NCBI GenBank assembly: GCA_023411715.1
Contig: JAEYOM010000004.1
Span: 20,351 to 84,350 of the forward strand
Length of the DNA: 64,000 nt
Reading direction: 5' to 3'
Source of the DNA: Bacillota bacterium
GTDB lineage: Bacteria; Bacillota; Clostridia; Acetivibrionales; DTU013
In this document: positions 1 through 8,873 of the stretch, one piece after another
Layout of the letters: every line of letters begins with the position of its first letter
Position numbering within the stretch: the first letter of the stretch is position 1
Position numbers and translations under genes: made by a program
The notes under the pieces: model-generated
What the model saw: only the letters and a program-made list of their open reading frames with translations
The model's database searches: none
What the model was told of the DNA's origin: nothing

Positions 1-557
1 ATGGTGATCTTTTCTTCAGTTCCGGCCAGTGTAACGTACATATCGCTCTTTTCTCTCTGAGCGGTATTAGGGTTTATTATGACTTCTCCGTCGATAAGTC
101 CGAGTACGACTCCGCCGATTGGACCGTTGAACGGTATGTCTGAAATGCTCAATGCAACGGATGCGCCTATCATTGCCGCTATCTCGGGTGAATTGTCCTG
201 ATCTACCGACATAACCGTATTGACAACTGTTACATCATTTCTCAGATCCTTCGGAAAAAGCGGACGTATCGGCCTGTCTATTACTCTCGACGTCAGAATT
301 GCCTTTTCAGAGGGTTTTCCTTCCCTTTTTATGAAGCCTCCGGGTATTTTGCCTACGGCATAGAGCCTTTCTTCATAGTCAACGCTGAGCGGGAAAAAGT
401 CTATCCCTTCCCTTGGCGCGGTCGAAGCGGTGGCTGTGGACAGGATCACCGTATCCCCATATCTTACGAGCGCAGCTCCGTTAGCCAGCTGAGCCAATTT
501 GCCGGTCTCTATCGTAAGAGTCCTACCGGCCAGTTCCATTGTGAATTTTTTTTGCAT
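1..557 (-). CDS. pnp: Polynucleotide phosphorylase, N-terminal part (gene runs off the left edge)
   Basis: Own translation of the minus strand from ATG at 557: [42 protein letters not shown]...[30 protein letters not shown], matching the first RNase-PH domain of PNPase. AAGGAGG RBS upstream. Lies downstream of rpsO, as is usual. Confidence 0.9.
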   Translation of the reverse strand, partial: MQKKFTMELAGRTLTIETGKLAQLANGAALVRYGDTVILSTATASTAPREGIDFFPLSVDYEERLYAVGKIPGGFIKREGKPSEKAILTSRVIDRPIRPLFPKDLRNDVTVVNTVMSVDQDNSPEIAAMIGASVALSISDIPFNGPIGGVVLGLIDGEVIINPNTAQREKSDMYVTLAGTEEKIT

Positions 558-744
558 AAAATGCCTCCTTTTTTACTGCAATGCGCAAAGGGAGGCAGAT
601 TACAGAAAACGGACACCAGAAACCGTATGCGGGTGATCCGAAAATAAGTTTCTTGCGGGTTCTGGTCTCTGTTCTCTGTTTGCCGCGACTTCTTTACGCT
701 GCAGTATATATGTTTTTTTCTTTTAATAGTATTGCACCGTTATG

Positions 745-776
745 TAAAAATAATGAGCGGGATATCCCGCCCATCA
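745..776 (-). terminator. Hairpin plus U-run after rpsO
   Basis: Minus strand reads AAUGAUGGGCGGGAUAUCCCGCUCAUUAUUUUU immediately after the rpsO stop: a GC-rich stem followed by a U-run. Confidence 0.6.
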
Positions 777-1040
777 TTATTTCCTCAAATTGAGTTTTTC
801 AACGATTGCACGATACCTTTCGATATCCTTTTCCTGCAGATAGTTCAACATGCCTCTTCTCTGACCAACCATCTTGAGAAGTCCCCTTCTGGAATGATGG
901 TCTTTTTTGTGATCCTTGAGGTGATCATTGAGGTGATTGATCCTCTCTGTGAGGATAGCTACCTGTACTTCAGGCGATCCTGTATCACCGTCGTGCAGTT
1001 TGTACTTCTCGATGATTTCCGTTTTTTGTTCCTTTAACAT
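777..1040 (-). CDS. rpsO: 30S ribosomal protein S15
   Basis: 87 aa, [62 protein letters not shown], typical of S15. GGAGG RBS. Confidence 0.95.
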   Translation of the reverse strand: MLKEQKTEIIEKYKLHDGDTGSPEVQVAILTERINHLNDHLKDHKKDHHSRRGLLKMVGQRRGMLNYLQEKDIERYRAIVEKLNLRK

Positions 1041-1317
1041 CGTATTGCCTCCTTTAATTTATAACGCCATGAGCCAGGTAATTGGTCGGAGCGTCCAGTA
1101 ACCGGGCAGATGGTTAAATGTTGCACTGAAATATTTTAACATATCATTTCCATAATGTAAATGATTTATTTGCAGACTTTTAATATGCCTGGTTTATGGC
1201 TGGTTTATGAATATGCAAACGTTATCGCAGCGGTTTCCGACTCATAATAATTTATTTGAACAAATTTATGTTAACAAGAATATTATATACAAAAAGTGTT
1301 TACAAGGAGGGAGCCTG

Positions 1318-1578
1318 ATGAAACCCAACGAGATAATGCCGGCCGCACTTGAAAACATCCCCGGATCTAAAGTCGCAGCCGCTGAAACTATCGATATGTG
1401 CAAAATGCAGTTCTATAACCCCATGCCGATCGTCGGAGCCAAGCTGACTTTTGCCTATGTTCCCTTTCAGTGTCTTTGCTGTCTCTATCCGCCAGAAGTC
1501 GGCCTGAGGCAGGGCACTATTTTCCCGGAACTCGACAGGCCTTACGGTGCTGATCCGGTTTATACGGTTGACGGATGA
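1318..1578 (+). CDS. cotJA: Spore coat-associated protein CotJA
   Basis: Start moved to ATG 1318, behind AAGGAGGGAG. Carries the FAYVPFQ...LYPPEVGLRQGTIFPELDRPY motif. Followed by cotJB and cotJC. Confidence 0.8.
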   Translation: MKPNEIMPAALENIPGSKVAAAETIDMCKMQFYNPMPIVGAKLTFAYVPFQCLCCLYPPEVGLRQGTIFPELDRPYGADPVYTVDG

Positions 1579-1626
1579 ACACGCGTATACCAATTCCATG
1601 CAGGTATGAATAAGGGAGGTGTTTAT

Positions 1627-1875
1627 ATGAACGAAGCACGGGATAGGATGCTCAAAGAGGTAATGGCTTTGGATTTTATGATTATAGAGCTGAATCTCTA
1701 TCTTGATACGCACCCGTATGATCAGAGAGCGGTCATGGTCTTCACCGATACCGCCCGGAGAGCTAAGATGGCCAGAGAAAACTTTGAACGCATGTACGGT
1801 CCTCTGACGGTAAGCGCCAGCAATTCCTTCCCCTGGCCCTGGATCGAGAACCCCTGGCCGTGGGATGTACAATAA
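1627..1875 (+). CDS. cotJB: Spore coat protein CotJB
   Basis: MNEARDRMLKEVMALDFMIIELNLYLDTHPYDQRAV... with a CotJB-type helical hairpin. RBS GGGAGG. Sits in the cotJ operon. Confidence 0.85.
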   Translation: MNEARDRMLKEVMALDFMIIELNLYLDTHPYDQRAVMVFTDTARRAKMARENFERMYGPLTVSASNSFPWPWIENPWPWDVQ

Positions 1876-1927
1876 GATATGCTTTCTATTTTTTCGTTAA
1901 TATTTCTGAATGAAGGAGGTCGTGTAA

Positions 1928-2779
1928 ATGTGGGTCTATGATAAAAAGCTGGAATATCCCGTTAAAATAAAAAATAGCAACCCAAGGCTTGCAAAATATG
2001 TTATAACACAATACGGCGGACCCGACGGCGAGCTTGCCGCATCGCTCAGATACCTGAGCCAGCGGTTCAGCATGCCCTTAGAAGTAGCCAAGGCTACGCT
2101 CAACGATATCGGTACGGAAGAAATGGCTCATCTCGAGATCGTCGGCGCCATTGTGCATCAGCTTACGAAAGGCGTTCCGCCTAAAGTACTTGAGAAGGAA
2201 GGTCTAGGAGGCTATTTTGCCGACCATGACCGTGCAGTGTATCCCGTAAATGCATCAGGCTCGCCTTTTACCGCAGCCTATATAGCATCGAAGGGCGATC
2301 CCGTGGCCGACCTGGTCGAAGACCTTGCCGCTGAACAAAAAGCGCGTGCTACGTATGAAAACCTTATAAACATGATGGACGATCCTGACGTGATAGATCC
2401 GCTTCGCTTCCTGAGAGAGCGTGAAGTAGTACATTTTCAGCGTTTCGGTGAAGTATTGCGTATCGTGCAGGAAAAACTCAATGAGAAGCCGTATTTCGTC
2501 AAGAAGCCCGAATTAATGAATGTGAGCCCGGCAGCTGCAAATATAAGTCCAGCGACTAATGTAAGCCCGGTATCCAATGTAAGCCCGGCAGCTGTAAGCC
2601 CGATCTCGAACGTAAGCCCGATCTCAAACGTAAGTCCCGCGACTAACGTAAGCCCTGTCTCAAACGTCGGCCCGGCAGCTGTAAGTCCGATCTCGAACGT
2701 AAGCCCGGTTTCGAATGTAAGTCCCGCGACTATGAAAAAACCATCTTTCGTGAGTCCGGAAGCGACGGGTAAAAAATAA
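1928..2779 (+). CDS. cotJC: Spore coat protein CotJC (manganese-catalase/ferritin-like fold) with a repetitive C-terminal extension
   Basis: N-terminal ~190 aa (YPVKIKNSNPRLAKYVITQYGGPDGELAASLRYLSQRF...EEMAHLEIVG...EREVVHFQRFGE) is CotJC-like. Residues ~198-268 are NVSP-type repeats. Confidence 0.85.
   Translation: MWVYDKKLEYPVKIKNSNPRLAKYVITQYGGPDGELAASLRYLSQRFSMPLEVAKATLNDIGTEEMAHLEIVGAIVHQLTKGVPPKVLEKEGLGGYFADHDRAVYPVNASGSPFTAAYIASKGDPVADLVEDLAAEQKARATYENLINMMDDPDVIDPLRFLREREVVHFQRFGEVLRIVQEKLNEKPYFVKKPELMNVSPAAANISPATNVSPVSNVSPAAVSPISNVSPISNVSPATNVSPVSNVGPAAVSPISNVSPVSNVSPATMKKPSFVSPEATGKK
2519..2731. repeat. In-frame tandem 18-nt-class repeats encoding (N-V/I-S-P-x-x)n in the cotJC tail
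   Basis: DNA repeats aatgtaagcccggtatcc / aacgtaagcccgatctcg and similar. Peptide: NVSPAAANISPATNVSPVSNVSPAAVSPISNVSPISNVSPATNVSPVSNVGPAAVSPISNVSPVSNVSPAT. Confidence 0.9.
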
Positions 2780-2789
2780 TTTTCCGTTT

Positions 2790-2817
2790 GTCAGGTGGGG
2801 TAACGTCTCCACCTGAC
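2790..2817 (+). terminator. Perfect 9-bp hairpin after cotJC (no clear U-run)
   Basis: GTCAGGTGG-ggtaacgtct-CCACCTGAC, 11 nt after the cotJC stop. Confidence 0.4.
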
Positions 2818-2968
2818 TGACCGTCATACCCTGCCAAAACGTATATATCGCAAATTGTATTTCAACAAGATTTCCTTCCAGCTGCTGTAAAACTTGATAC
2901 TGAACAAATGTTCGTATATAATACAACTAAAAAAGTATACAAATAATAAACGGCGGAAAGGGTTCGGT

Positions 2969-4315
2969 ATGGACGGTATTCAGATTACAAAAGTCCAAGC
3001 CCGCAGATTCATGCTGAAATATCACGGGCTTTACGGCAAAAGGCTTCCCAGGGGCAAAAAAGGCATCCTCGAATACGTGCGAAGAGTCGGATGCATACAG
3101 TACGATCCTCTCAATATCGTGGGCCATAACCAGGAACTGGTGCTCCAGTCCAGGATAGACGGCTTCAAACCTGCCATGCTTCAGGAACTCCTATATAATG
3201 ACCGATTGCTGCTGGACGGCTGGGACAAGGTCATGTCGATCTATCTCACCTCAGACTGGCCGTACTTCAGCCGTTACAGGGCATCACAGCTCGAATGGCT
3301 CGGCAGTCCCGACAAGCCCGTTGTCCCCTACCTTCCGCTTATCAGAAACGAGCTTCGGCAGCGTGGCCCTCTTTCCTCCATCGACCTGGAATATGATCAG
3401 GCGGTACGGTGGCCGTGGGGACCTACGCGCGTTTCCAGAGCGGCATTGGAAAGCATGTGGTTCTGGGGTGAACTCATTATACATCACAAGGTCAATACGA
3501 GGAAATATTATGATTTTGCTTCCGGGTACCTGGCGGGAGATTTGCTGAGCACACCCGACCCGAATGAAACCTTTGAACAGTACAGAGACTGGCGCATATG
3601 CCGGAGGATAGGCGGTACGGGATTTTTATGGGACAGGCCCGGCGATGCCTGGCTGGAGATACCCGAAACAAAGACGCCCGAGCGCAGGGAAAGCATTCAA
3701 AGGCTTACGGCCGCCGACAAGCTTTCGGAGATAAACGTGGAAGGAATAAAGGCGCCGCTTTATATGAGGACCTGCGATATGCCGGTATTGGAAGAGATTC
3801 TGAGCGAACAGTCCGGTGCTCAGGCCTCTTCTGCGAAGCTTTCGGCATCTTCCGCGAAGCTTTCGGCATCTTCCGCGAAAGACGACGCGGCTTCTGATAC
3901 AGGCAGCTTCCGCAGTGCTTCGCGTACACCATCCCCGCGCGCCCATATCCTCGCCCCGCTCGACAACCTGCTGTGGGATCGCAGGCTTGTAAAGGAGATA
4001 TTTGATTTCGACTACCGGTGGGAGGTCTACAAACCACAGTCTGAACGCAATTACGGCTATTATGTCCTGCCGGTCCTGTACGGCGACCGGTTTATCGCCA
4101 GGTTTGAACCCGGGTTTGATAAAAAGTCCAAGGCGCTGATGATAAAAAATTGGTGGTGGGAAGCCGGCGTCAAGCCTACCAAACCGATGCAGCGCGGACT
4201 TGCAAAGTGTTTCAGGCTTTTTGCGGAATATCTCGGGACGGACAATATCGGGATGCCCCGGGACGGCTCAGGTAATACTGATGACAGTATAACCTGCTGG
4301 CTCGATGGAATATGA
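2969..4315 (+). CDS. YcaQ/AlkZ-like winged-helix protein (DUF1006-type putative crosslink-repair DNA glycosylase)
   Basis: MDGIQITKVQARRFMLKYHGLYG...GILEYVRRVGCIQYDPLNIVGHNQELVLQSR and a C-terminal YGYYVLPVLYGDRFIARFE motif typical of the family. Start chosen at ATG 2969. Confidence 0.6.
   Translation: MDGIQITKVQARRFMLKYHGLYGKRLPRGKKGILEYVRRVGCIQYDPLNIVGHNQELVLQSRIDGFKPAMLQELLYNDRLLLDGWDKVMSIYLTSDWPYFSRYRASQLEWLGSPDKPVVPYLPLIRNELRQRGPLSSIDLEYDQAVRWPWGPTRVSRAALESMWFWGELIIHHKVNTRKYYDFASGYLAGDLLSTPDPNETFEQYRDWRICRRIGGTGFLWDRPGDAWLEIPETKTPERRESIQRLTAADKLSEINVEGIKAPLYMRTCDMPVLEEILSEQSGAQASSAKLSASSAKLSASSAKDDAASDTGSFRSASRTPSPRAHILAPLDNLLWDRRLVKEIFDFDYRWEVYKPQSERNYGYYVLPVLYGDRFIARFEPGFDKKSKALMIKNWWWEAGVKPTKPMQRGLAKCFRLFAEYLGTDNIGMPRDGSGNTDDSITCWLDGI
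3827..3880. repeat. 21-nt in-frame tandem repeat (2.5 copies) inside the YcaQ-like gene
   Basis: tcttcYgcgaagctttcggca repeated, encoding SSAKLSASSAKLSASSAK. Confidence 0.9.
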
Positions 4316-4326
4316 CTGGTTATGTG

Positions 4327-4420
4327 CATATTCCCGGGTTTAAGATGTATAGCCGGGTTTAAAACGTATAGCTGGGTTTAATGTGTATAGCCGTGTCTAA
4401 GCCATATAGCCGGTTTCCCG
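4327..4420. repeat. 19-bp intergenic tandem repeat, about 5 degenerate copies
   Basis: gtatagccgggtttaaaac-like units starting at 4347, 4366, 4385 and 4404, plus a diverged first copy. Lies between convergent genes. Confidence 0.85.
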
Positions 4421-4444
4421 TAATCATCACCCGAAAGTATATGA

Positions 4445-6778
4445 TTAAGGAGTTATCGCCCTGCCGTATTCATCGCCGAACCCGCTCTGGACCGACTCCT
4501 TGCCAAAGTATTTCATAAGCTGCTTTAAATCGGGGTCCTTAACTTTATTATAATATAGACTGTACTGATCCTCCTTCTCCTCGCTGGTCTTGAAACGTTT
4601 TTGCAGCACAAGCAGTCCATTGTACATCAGCGCGAGGTCGTCCTCCCTGCCCTTAAGCAGCTTTGCCGCTTCATCAGGCTTTTCGGTGTTGATCAGATTG
4701 AAAAATTCACTATAGTCTGACGTATCCATTTCCAGGTATTTTTTGATCAGCGGTTTGTAATCCGCGTAGAATGACCCATTATACCTGTAATTTTCGGTAA
4801 GCTGGGGCAAAAGCTCCAGCCTGTTCTGCAGTATATAGAGTATAATCAGGTCTCCCGCGCCTCCGCCCGTCCTTTCGTAAAACCGCTCATAATATTCGGT
4901 GGCTTTTTCGAATTTGCCCATATAACCGTAGTTGCGGCCTATCTGAGGCAGATCATAAGGATTGCTGCTCTTCATAAGCAGTTCAAGGCCTTTCTGCAAT
5001 TCGCCCGAATCGATATAAAGCGATCCGAGCACCGAAAGCAGCTCTTCGTTATCGGGTATTTCACTGATCAACCTCTCAAAATAGCCTTTTGCTTTTTCGG
5101 CGTCCTTGTACTTTAACGAAGACGTTTTACTGTCATATTCCCAGCCATTGTAATAAAGCTTGGCCAATACCTTCAAAGCGTGCAGACTCCCGACTCCTTC
5201 GGCCAGATCTCTTTCATACAGGCTGATCGCCTTGTCGTATTTTTTATCCAGCAATGCAAGATCAGCCTCGTTGAATTCGTCGCCGGCGACAGGCAGTATT
5301 TCCCTATGCCTGCTGGGGTATATGCCGTCGCTGCCGTACATGGTGTTGCCGTTATGGTCGTAGAAGGTTACATAATAGGCGTAATCGCCCGTATGATAAA
5401 ACGGCTCGAAGAGATAATACGGGTCGATACCGTCTGTACCGAAGGAAGCGCCCGTATTCATGCCCCTTTTACGCTCACTGGCAGTATCAAGTATATATTC
5501 TCCGGTTTTTATACTTTCCGAATAAAACATATTGTTGGCCATTATCCGCATGTCTTCAATATCACGCAGTTCTCCCGCGTAAATCGTATAATGATCCGCG
5601 TCTTCCGGCATGTTTACGCTGAAACGGAATTTTCCGCCCCCGATATCCTGCACGCTGACCATCCCGACCGTATCAAGAAATGCTATATCCTTTTTGATTG
5701 CAGTATTTCCTGTGAACTTCAAATTGTTGTCCCCTCCCATGTCGAGAGCCTTTCCCTGGACACGCTGCCAGTCGGCGCCTATAGCGATCACATAAATACC
5801 GTCGGGGATGTTCGTAAACCTGAATTTACCTTCCCTGTCCGTTACTGCAGTGCAGCGCACTCCGTCGCCTTGGCCGAACGTACTGCTCCAACCATTTCTT
5901 GTGGCTTCGTCTTTAAGGAAAATCGTTATATAAGGCGCCGGGCTGCCCTCTATACTGACGCAGCCGCTCAAAACATTATTGTTTTTTTCAGCCGTTTCAA
6001 CACTTCTCAGGTATTTAAAGCCCGACAGTTCGCTATTTATCTGCAGCAAGGGCTTTACAAGCGTTTCGCTGGGCTTTTGCGAAGTAAAAAACAAATTGGG
6101 TATTGCCGCCATCTCTTTATCGAAGCTATCCTTATCTTCCTTCATGTAGCAATAATATGCGTATAACGCGTGCCTGACCGTGGAATAACGGTCCTGCACG
6201 TTGAGATGTTCCTGCAGCACAGCCGCTCCCCTGTCCATCTCTCCGAGCCCCATATACATCGCCGCGAGGTGAAGTTTCCTTAGCGATTCAAGCTTGCCGT
6301 CCCTTATATAGTCAAGCTGTTCAAGCAGCTTGATGGCTTTTTCCCCGTAACCCGAAAAATAATTGGCCAGGGCGACATATATCGTGTATTCCGCCAGCGC
6401 ATCACTTTTCATGGCATGTCCGGCGATATCCCTGTATTGCGCATTGATCCTGTCTGCGCTTTCGGCCCCGATGTAGGAGCAGTTGAACGCAGTGAAACTT
6501 TCGGTGAAAAATAGTTTACTGAAATAGCCGAAGTTTTTATTTTCTACAAGAAGCTCGAGTTTCCTTTGCGCAGCCGAAACAGCGGCATTTGAAGCCGGAG
6601 CGCCCTCTGCGGCCCTGTCGTAATAAACGTCTGCCGCCGCGCCGTTTCCGGCCAACTCGCTGATCCTTCCCAGTAAGTAAAACATACGTCCCTGAAAAAG
6701 CAATAGAGCCGCGATCAAAACGAGCGCAGGCAGAATGATCAAAAGCAGGTGCTTAACCTTAATTCTTATATATCCCAT
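4445..6778 (-). CDS. Membrane-anchored TPR-repeat protein with a central carboxypeptidase-regulatory-like (Ig-like) domain
   Basis: 777 aa. N-terminal TM segment (LLLIILPALVLIAALLLF). Sequence EGKFRFTNIPDGIYVIAIG is typical of CarboxypepD_reg folds. TPR-like helical repeats lie on both sides. Last gene of the sigma/anti-sigma operon. Confidence 0.6.
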   Translation of the reverse strand: MGYIRIKVKHLLLIILPALVLIAALLLFQGRMFYLLGRISELAGNGAAADVYYDRAAEGAPASNAAVSAAQRKLELLVENKNFGYFSKLFFTESFTAFNCSYIGAESADRINAQYRDIAGHAMKSDALAEYTIYVALANYFSGYGEKAIKLLEQLDYIRDGKLESLRKLHLAAMYMGLGEMDRGAAVLQEHLNVQDRYSTVRHALYAYYCYMKEDKDSFDKEMAAIPNLFFTSQKPSETLVKPLLQINSELSGFKYLRSVETAEKNNNVLSGCVSIEGSPAPYITIFLKDEATRNGWSSTFGQGDGVRCTAVTDREGKFRFTNIPDGIYVIAIGADWQRVQGKALDMGGDNNLKFTGNTAIKKDIAFLDTVGMVSVQDIGGGKFRFSVNMPEDADHYTIYAGELRDIEDMRIMANNMFYSESIKTGEYILDTASERKRGMNTGASFGTDGIDPYYLFEPFYHTGDYAYYVTFYDHNGNTMYGSDGIYPSRHREILPVAGDEFNEADLALLDKKYDKAISLYERDLAEGVGSLHALKVLAKLYYNGWEYDSKTSSLKYKDAEKAKGYFERLISEIPDNEELLSVLGSLYIDSGELQKGLELLMKSSNPYDLPQIGRNYGYMGKFEKATEYYERFYERTGGGAGDLIILYILQNRLELLPQLTENYRYNGSFYADYKPLIKKYLEMDTSDYSEFFNLINTEKPDEAAKLLKGREDDLALMYNGLLVLQKRFKTSEEKEDQYSLYYNKVKDPDLKQLMKYFGKESVQSGFGDEYGRAITP

Positions 6779-7274
6779 CAGTCTGCCCTCCCTGATTACT
6801 ATCCACTACCGCTATGCTGCTATTTCTGATATCCTCGGCCGAAACGCGCGTAATGCCGATACAGGCATAGACTATGCCCGATACGGTGATCAGCAGCGCA
6901 ACTACCAGGGGTTTAACAGGGATCCGCAGTTCCATGTTCATGAAGAACTGAAACCTTTCCCTCCATGCCTTCGCCCCGGACGCTCTCCGGTCCGATGTGG
7001 CGGGGTTGCTGCGTAATACGGCCCTGCTACGTGATGTGGCCCTGCCGTTTCCATCGGCGCTTCCATAATCGGCTGCGCCCCCGTAAAGTGCGGCCCTGTC
7101 GCGTATTGCCATCCTGTTGTGTGATGCGACCCTGCCGTTTATGTCGGCGTTCTCGTGCGAAGCGGCCTTTCTATGCTCGGCGACCCGTTCGAGCACGCTG
7201 TTCCTGCTTTTATCCGAAAACACGATGTTTTTCAGTTCCGAATCAAGCTTATCCCTGAAATTCATATCACCCAT
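6759..7274 (-). CDS. Putative membrane anti-sigma factor
   Basis: 171 aa. Its start overlaps the ECF sigma stop by 8 nt. Single TM near the C-terminus (PLVVALLITVSGIVYACIGI). Contains an internal Gly/Arg/Ala repeat. Confidence 0.5.
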   Translation of the reverse strand: MGDMNFRDKLDSELKNIVFSDKSRNSVLERVAEHRKAASHENADINGRVASHNRMAIRDRAALYGGAADYGSADGNGRATSRSRAVLRSNPATSDRRASGAKAWRERFQFFMNMELRIPVKPLVVALLITVSGIVYACIGITRVSAEDIRNSSIAVVDSNQGGQTDGIYKN

Positions 7275-7821
7275 TGCAAAAATCCTCCCGCAGGATATCC
7301 CTGAGCCTGTCGCGTCCTCTTTTAAGCCTGCTTTTTACAGAGCCCTCCGGTATTCCGAGGGCTTCCGATATCTCCCTGACCGAGAGATCGTTATAATAAT
7401 GCAGCAGCAATACCTCCCTGCTGCCCTGAGCCAGCTTCATCAGCGCTTCGGTCAAGCTGAGGCGGTCATGCAGCGAACCGATGACGGCCTCTGCGTTGTC
7501 GGCAGCAAGCCCAGGCTCAAATACCGGTGTCGGTATGTTATGCCTGTACCATGCTTTTCTGCGGCTTTGCCTGCATTCGTTGACGAGAATCCTGCAAAGA
7601 TAGGTTTTTATTCCGGCCTCGCCGCGGTAACCGGCATATCCGGCGTAAAACTTGAAAAATGTTTCCTGTACGGCGTCCTCTGCAAGCTTCAAATCCTTCA
7701 GCATCAATGCGGCGACACGTAAAAGCATGTTGGAATAGGCGTCCATCAAGGCTGCCAAATCATTCTCCGTCAAAGTATATTCAATTCCCGGTCGATCTGT
7801 TTTTTCGGGTAGTTCCATCAT
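7267..7821 (-). CDS. ECF-type RNA polymerase sigma-70 factor
   Basis: Region 2 (AEDAVQETFFKFY...YLCRILVNECRQ) and region 4 HTH (LSVREISEALGIPEGSVKSRLKRGRDRL). Confidence 0.85.
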   Translation of the reverse strand: MMELPEKTDRPGIEYTLTENDLAALMDAYSNMLLRVAALMLKDLKLAEDAVQETFFKFYAGYAGYRGEAGIKTYLCRILVNECRQSRRKAWYRHNIPTPVFEPGLAADNAEAVIGSLHDRLSLTEALMKLAQGSREVLLLHYYNDLSVREISEALGIPEGSVKSRLKRGRDRLRDILREDFCNG

Positions 7822-8012
7822 GACCTCCGCATATATATAGATGCGGTATATCTGGAAATGGTTGCATTAAGACAGGATTTTTTTAAATGATTGAATGCGC
7901 TGCTGATTCCGAGCAGCAAAATCCCTATTCAGCTGCTCGCGCTGCCATTGATTTCTTGCAGCAAAATCATTGTTCAGCTGCTTTCGCTGCTATTGATTCC
8001 GCTGCCAAAAAC

Positions 8013-8873
8013 TCAGCTGCTCGCGCTGCCGTAGCGCCTCATGCCTCTCCTCCAGAAGAATACGCACAGGAAGCCGAACACTGCGCCTACCCCCAGAGAC
8101 AGAAGCCAGTAGCGACCGTCCAGCACATCCGCCAGGAATTGCGCGGGAATCGTCGCCATAAGCCCGTACGGCAGCAAAACATAAAAAATAAGCTTCCAGG
8201 CGCCTTTGAAAACGATGCCCGGTATCCTGAACGAAAAGTTCACGAGCTCACCTTCTATTTCGCAGAAAGCGTCTATCCTCACGAAACGGAACGCCAGCGT
8301 ACGTATTATTACCATCAGATCGTACATCAAAAAGTACATGACCAGCAGCAAAAAAACATACCCGGCTACAGCCCCGGCGGTTACGGTTATCCCGAGCATC
8401 CCGACTCCATACGCGACCATCATGATGCCCGGCACAATGAGTACGAGCGAGCCCGGGTCGATATTTTCAAAAGATACGTAAAAGAGCGTACCCACAGGTC
8501 TCACTATATATTGGTCAAGCGTTCCGGTCCTGATTTTCTCCGGTATCGTCAGCACGCCGAAAAAGTAGGTCGCCATGTACGAAGCGTCAAGGATGGTGAA
8601 TGTCCCGATAAATACTATCATCTGATATACATTCCAGCCGTTGAGCGTGCCGACATTGAGGAATATGGCCGAGAACATCGCGATCTGGAGCACGAACAGG
8701 CTCTGATCCGTAATGAAGGCCATCCAGAAATTGAAGCTGTACATCATGCTTTTATTGAGCCTGACCTTCATAAATACGTAGAGAAGCCTGGCATACTTCT
8801 TCATACGGCCCATATATCTCGCGGCATTTTCCGCAAATCTTCCGCTGAAACGCGCATCTGCTTTATTGTTCAT
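8013..8873 (-). CDS. ABC-2 type transporter permease
   Basis: 286 aa, multi-TM. Translationally coupled (4-nt overlap) to the upstream permease and the ATPase. Confidence 0.7.
   Translation of the reverse strand: MNNKADARFSGRFAENAARYMGRMKKYARLLYVFMKVRLNKSMMYSFNFWMAFITDQSLFVLQIAMFSAIFLNVGTLNGWNVYQMIVFIGTFTILDASYMATYFFGVLTIPEKIRTGTLDQYIVRPVGTLFYVSFENIDPGSLVLIVPGIMMVAYGVGMLGITVTAGAVAGYVFLLLVMYFLMYDLMVIIRTLAFRFVRIDAFCEIEGELVNFSFRIPGIVFKGAWKLIFYVLLPYGLMATIPAQFLADVLDGRYWLLSLGVGAVFGFLCVFFWRRGMRRYGSASS

Noticed and set aside
545-553. Poly(A) run (A8 on the coding strand) in codons 2-4 of pnp as a phase-variation tract.
   Set aside because: It simply encodes Gln-Lys-Lys in an essential housekeeping gene. 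There is no evidence of slippage and no alternative frame of interest.
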